DNA from: Magnetococcales bacterium
GTDB taxonomy: Bacteria; Pseudomonadota; Magnetococcia; Magnetococcales; JADGCL01
Direction of reading: 5' to 3'
DNA length: 64,000 bases
Assembly: GCA_015229005.1 (NCBI GenBank)
Contig: JADGCL010000002.1
Span: 12,577 to 76,576 of the forward strand
Below the pieces are notes generated by a model, which saw only the letters and a list, made by a program, of their open reading frames with translations, was not told the origin of the DNA and did not search any database. Below, in pieces: positions 61,383 to 64,000 of this stretch; within the stretch, counting starts at the first letter, position 1; each line of letters opens with the position of its first letter. Made by a program: the position numbers and the translations under genes.

Positions 61383-61782
61383 GCCGTCCTCCTCTCTCCA
61401 CCCTGCCAAACCACCTTCCACGTCCGGAAGAGCGCCACACCCGGCCTCGCTCCCGAACCGCCGCCGGCGAGTGTATACCACACACGGGAGATTTCAAACA
61501 CCCGAACATGTCTTTCATCGATCGATAATCTGACTTAAAGATTCGCTGTAAGGGTGATCCGTAAATCCGTGGGACAAAGAAGACCAACGGCAGCACAAGA
61601 CGTTATCCTGACAATTCAAACGGATAATAACAAATCCCACCCGCGCCCGAAAACCCCGGCGCAGGATGACGGGCACCTCCGAGGAAAAAACAACGGGGTG
61701 GAATCGTAGTTACGGAGGCAGGAGAGAGAGCGGGTCCCGCCGCCCGGGAACGGACGGGACCCGATACATGCGGGAGACGGGA

Positions 61783-64000
61783 TCACGGCGTCAGGGTGAT
61801 GCTCCCCGAACCGATCGTCACACTCGAAACCAACCCCGGGAAATAATAGTCCACGAACTGCGTGGTCGGGATGCTCTGGCTGGCCGTGCTGTCGAAGGCC
61901 AAATCCCCGTCCCCGGCGCGGTTCAGGGTGTTCTGCTGAGCCTCCCGCGCCCGTGCCAGGGAAGGATCACCCAGGGAACTCTCCAGGACGTGCAGCGGCG
62001 GGTTGGCCCCGCCCCCGGTGAAGAAGGTCAGTGACCCCCCGCTGCTCAGACCCGAGAGGACACTGTTATAGTTGGAGATCAACGAGTTCAAGCTCATCGT
62101 CACATCGGGCAGAATGTTGAGGTAGAGGATATCGACGGTCGAATTGGCCGTATCCACACTCACCTGATTGCCGGAAAGAACCGGGACCAGATTGACACAG
62201 ACGTCGGTGGTGAAGTTTGCCGCATAGGGCGCCAGGGTATCGAAGAGGGTCTGCCAACCGCTCTGCACCGTCGCCGGCAAACGGTCGTAGATGGAGCCGA
62301 TCACCCCGACCCGGCCCGTCACCGTGATCTGTGACGGCGCCACGCTCACCCGAAGCTTCTTGACCACCCCCGTCACGTCGTAGGCGAAGGTCCCCCCCGA
62401 CGTGAGCTGCCGGTCCAACTTGGCCAACAACAGGTAATAGAGATTCGCCTCGGTCAAGGTCACCGGCGTGCCACTGCTGAGCGACGCCATGGCCGCAGTG
62501 TAGATCCCCTTCGCCGTCGAGGCGATGGTCCCGGACGATTCGGTCACCGTGGTCACGCTGTCGGCGCTGCAACTCTTGCCGGTGACCGCCAGGGTGAAGT
62601 TGGTGGCGGTCGTGATCCCGCAAGTCGAATCGGTGGCAGTGATCGTGATCGAATAGTTGCCCGTGGTGGTGAAACGGCTGGCATCGGCCACCACCAACTG
62701 CTGGTTGCCGGTGCCGCCAATGGCCAAACCACCGGTGCCATCCGTTGTCAGAACGTAGGTAAAGGTGGCGTTGGCCGCCGAAGGATTGACCGAGGTGATG
62801 CCCGCAACCACCGTCCCGGTCGGGCTGCCGGTGTAGAACGAGGTGGCATTCAGGGTGGTCGTCAGGGTCGGATTGACGATCGTCAAGGTGATGGTCTTGC
62901 TCAAAGGCAGAGAGTCCTGGATCCCGGTCGAAACCACCGTAACGCTCTTGGTGGTGCCAGCCGTCAAGGCCCCGATAACCGTCAGATTGGAACCCGACAG
63001 GGCAAACAGACCACCCGCCGAATCGGTCAGGGTATAGGTGTGGGTGTTGCCGACATCGGGGTCAACCGTCGTCAAGGCCCCGACTACCGTCCCGTTGACG
63101 CTGCAGGCGTAAGCCTCAGTCGCATTCAGGGTGATGTCGGAAGGGGCATCGGCCACCGCCGTGACGGCAATGGTGGCATTGACCGTACTCCCCCCGAGAC
63201 CACTGCCGGCATTGCTCGTGGAGGCCTGCACCGTGAAACGGAAGGTCGTGCCGTCCGCCGTGTTCAAATTCGCCGAAGGCGTAAACTTAAGCCCCGCATT
63301 CCCCTCGGCAAAGGTGACGAAAGTCCCGTCGGTGATCTGCGTCGTGCCGTTGTTCTTGTAAAGTCGACCACCCAGAATCCCGGTGATCTTGAAGTGCGTC
63401 ACCTCCGCAGAGTCGTCGACGTTGCGGCTGATCACCAGACCGCTCGTCGATTGGGTGTCCTCGTTGGTCGACGCACTCGTCACCGACGGCGTGTCGGCAA
63501 CCGCCGTGACCGTGATCGAAGCCCTCGCAACCCCCCCCCCCAGACCCGCAGCACCGGCACTGAGCGAGGCCTGAATCCCGAAACCAAAAGAATCCCCCTT
63601 GCCCGAGTTCAGGTTGGCCGATGGCAGGAACTTCAACCCCGAGGTCCCCTCGGTATAGGTGATGAACTCATTGTCGCCGATGGCCGTGGTCCCGTCGTTC
63701 TTGTAGAGCGTCCCCCCGGTGATGCCCGAAATCTTGAAATGGGTGACCTCCGCACCGTCAACAAGATTGCGGCTGATGACCAGACCCGAGGTCGATTTGG
63801 TGTCTTCGTTCGTCGTCGTCGCCGTCACCGTCGGGGTATCGGCGACGCTGTTCACGGTGATCGCCGCCGTCACCGTACTGCTCCCCACCGCCGCCGCCGA
63901 GGTCACCCCAGCCACAGTGAAACCGAAATTGTTGCCCCCATCACTGTTCAGGTCGGCGGCCGGAGTGAACTTCAGCCCGGCATTACCCTCGGCAAAAGAG
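61783..64000 (-). CDS. Large surface adhesin with tandem ~115-aa Ig/cadherin-like repeats (5' end outside window)
   Basis: Frame open to the window edge; repeated ADTP..TNEDT.STSGLVISRN..AEVTHFKI..GLKF.P.ANLN units; cadherin-like APSDITL..TVDPD; Thr/Ser/Gly-rich. Confidence 0.85.
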   Translation of the reverse strand, partial: SFAEGNAGLKFTPAADLNSDGGNNFGFTVAGVTSAAAVGSSTVTAAITVNSVADTPTVTATTTNEDTKSTSGLVISRNLVDGAEVTHFKISGITGGTLYKNDGTTAIGDNEFITYTEGTSGLKFLPSANLNSGKGDSFGFGIQASLSAGAAGLGGGVARASITVTAVADTPSVTSASTNEDTQSTSGLVISRNVDDSAEVTHFKITGILGGRLYKNNGTTQITDGTFVTFAEGNAGLKFTPSANLNTADGTTFRFTVQASTSNAGSGLGGSTVNATIAVTAVADAPSDITLNATEAYACSVNGTVVGALTTVDPDVGNTHTYTLTDSAGGLFALSGSNLTVIGALTAGTTKSVTVVSTGIQDSLPLSKTITLTIVNPTLTTTLNATSFYTGSPTGTVVAGITSVNPSAANATFTYVLTTDGTGGLAIGGTGNQQLVVADASRFTTTGNYSITITATDSTCGITTATNFTLAVTGKSCSADSVTTVTESSGTIASTAKGIYTAAMASLSSGTPVTLTEANLYYLLLAKLDRQLTSGGTFAYDVTGVVKKLRVSVAPSQITVTGRVGVIGSIYDRLPATVQSGWQTLFDTLAPYAANFTTDVCVNLVPVLSGNQVSVDTANSTVDILYLNILPDVTMSLNSLISNYNSVLSGLSSGGSLTFFTGGGANPPLHVLESSLGDPSLARAREAQQNTLNRAGDGDLAFDSTASQSIPTTQFVDYYFPGLVSSVTIGSGSITLTP

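Noticed and set aside
50563-61783. Integrase-bounded genomic island or prophage around the RADAR-like locus
   Set aside because: No integrase, transposase, tRNA or matching att repeats recognised at either flank.

Overview
High-GC proteobacterial chromosome segment; gene content (alpha-like atp/pet genes, FliW-paired flagellins, MSHA-type genes, multiple DUF1640 paralogs) suggests a Magnetococcales-like organism (inference). In order: end of the ATP synthase operon (atpA partial, atpG, atpD, atpC), glmU-glmS, a Schlafen/AlbA_2-HATPase-TPR-like gene directly after glmS, petABC and tlpA-cutA-ccdA (minus strand), trmL, a DsbA-like gene, two tandem RatA/Coq10 START proteins, gap plus a 1427-aa PPDK-like protein lacking the pyruvate/PEP domain, a thiS-thiG fusion, an orphan HybE-like gene, an MSHA/T2SS-like cluster (mshM/L/N/E-like), a flagellar cluster (flgK, flgL, fliW, 960-aa flagellin, fliW, 282-aa flagellin, fliD, two fliS), suhB, a GNAT / methyltransferase / ACP trio, MoxR, GDT1 and the 3' end of a large repeat adhesin. 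The best candidate for a new system is at about 51.1-61.4 kb (minus strand): a RADAR-like anti-phage pair (RdrA-like ATPase and RdrB-like adenosine deaminase) whose deaminase stop codon overlaps the start of a polytopic membrane histidine kinase, followed by two tandem-duplicated stand-alone receiver proteins and a possible Panacea/SocA-like winged-helix protein. No rRNA, tRNA, CRISPR array or transposase was recognised. All family assignments come from motifs read by eye, not from database searches.
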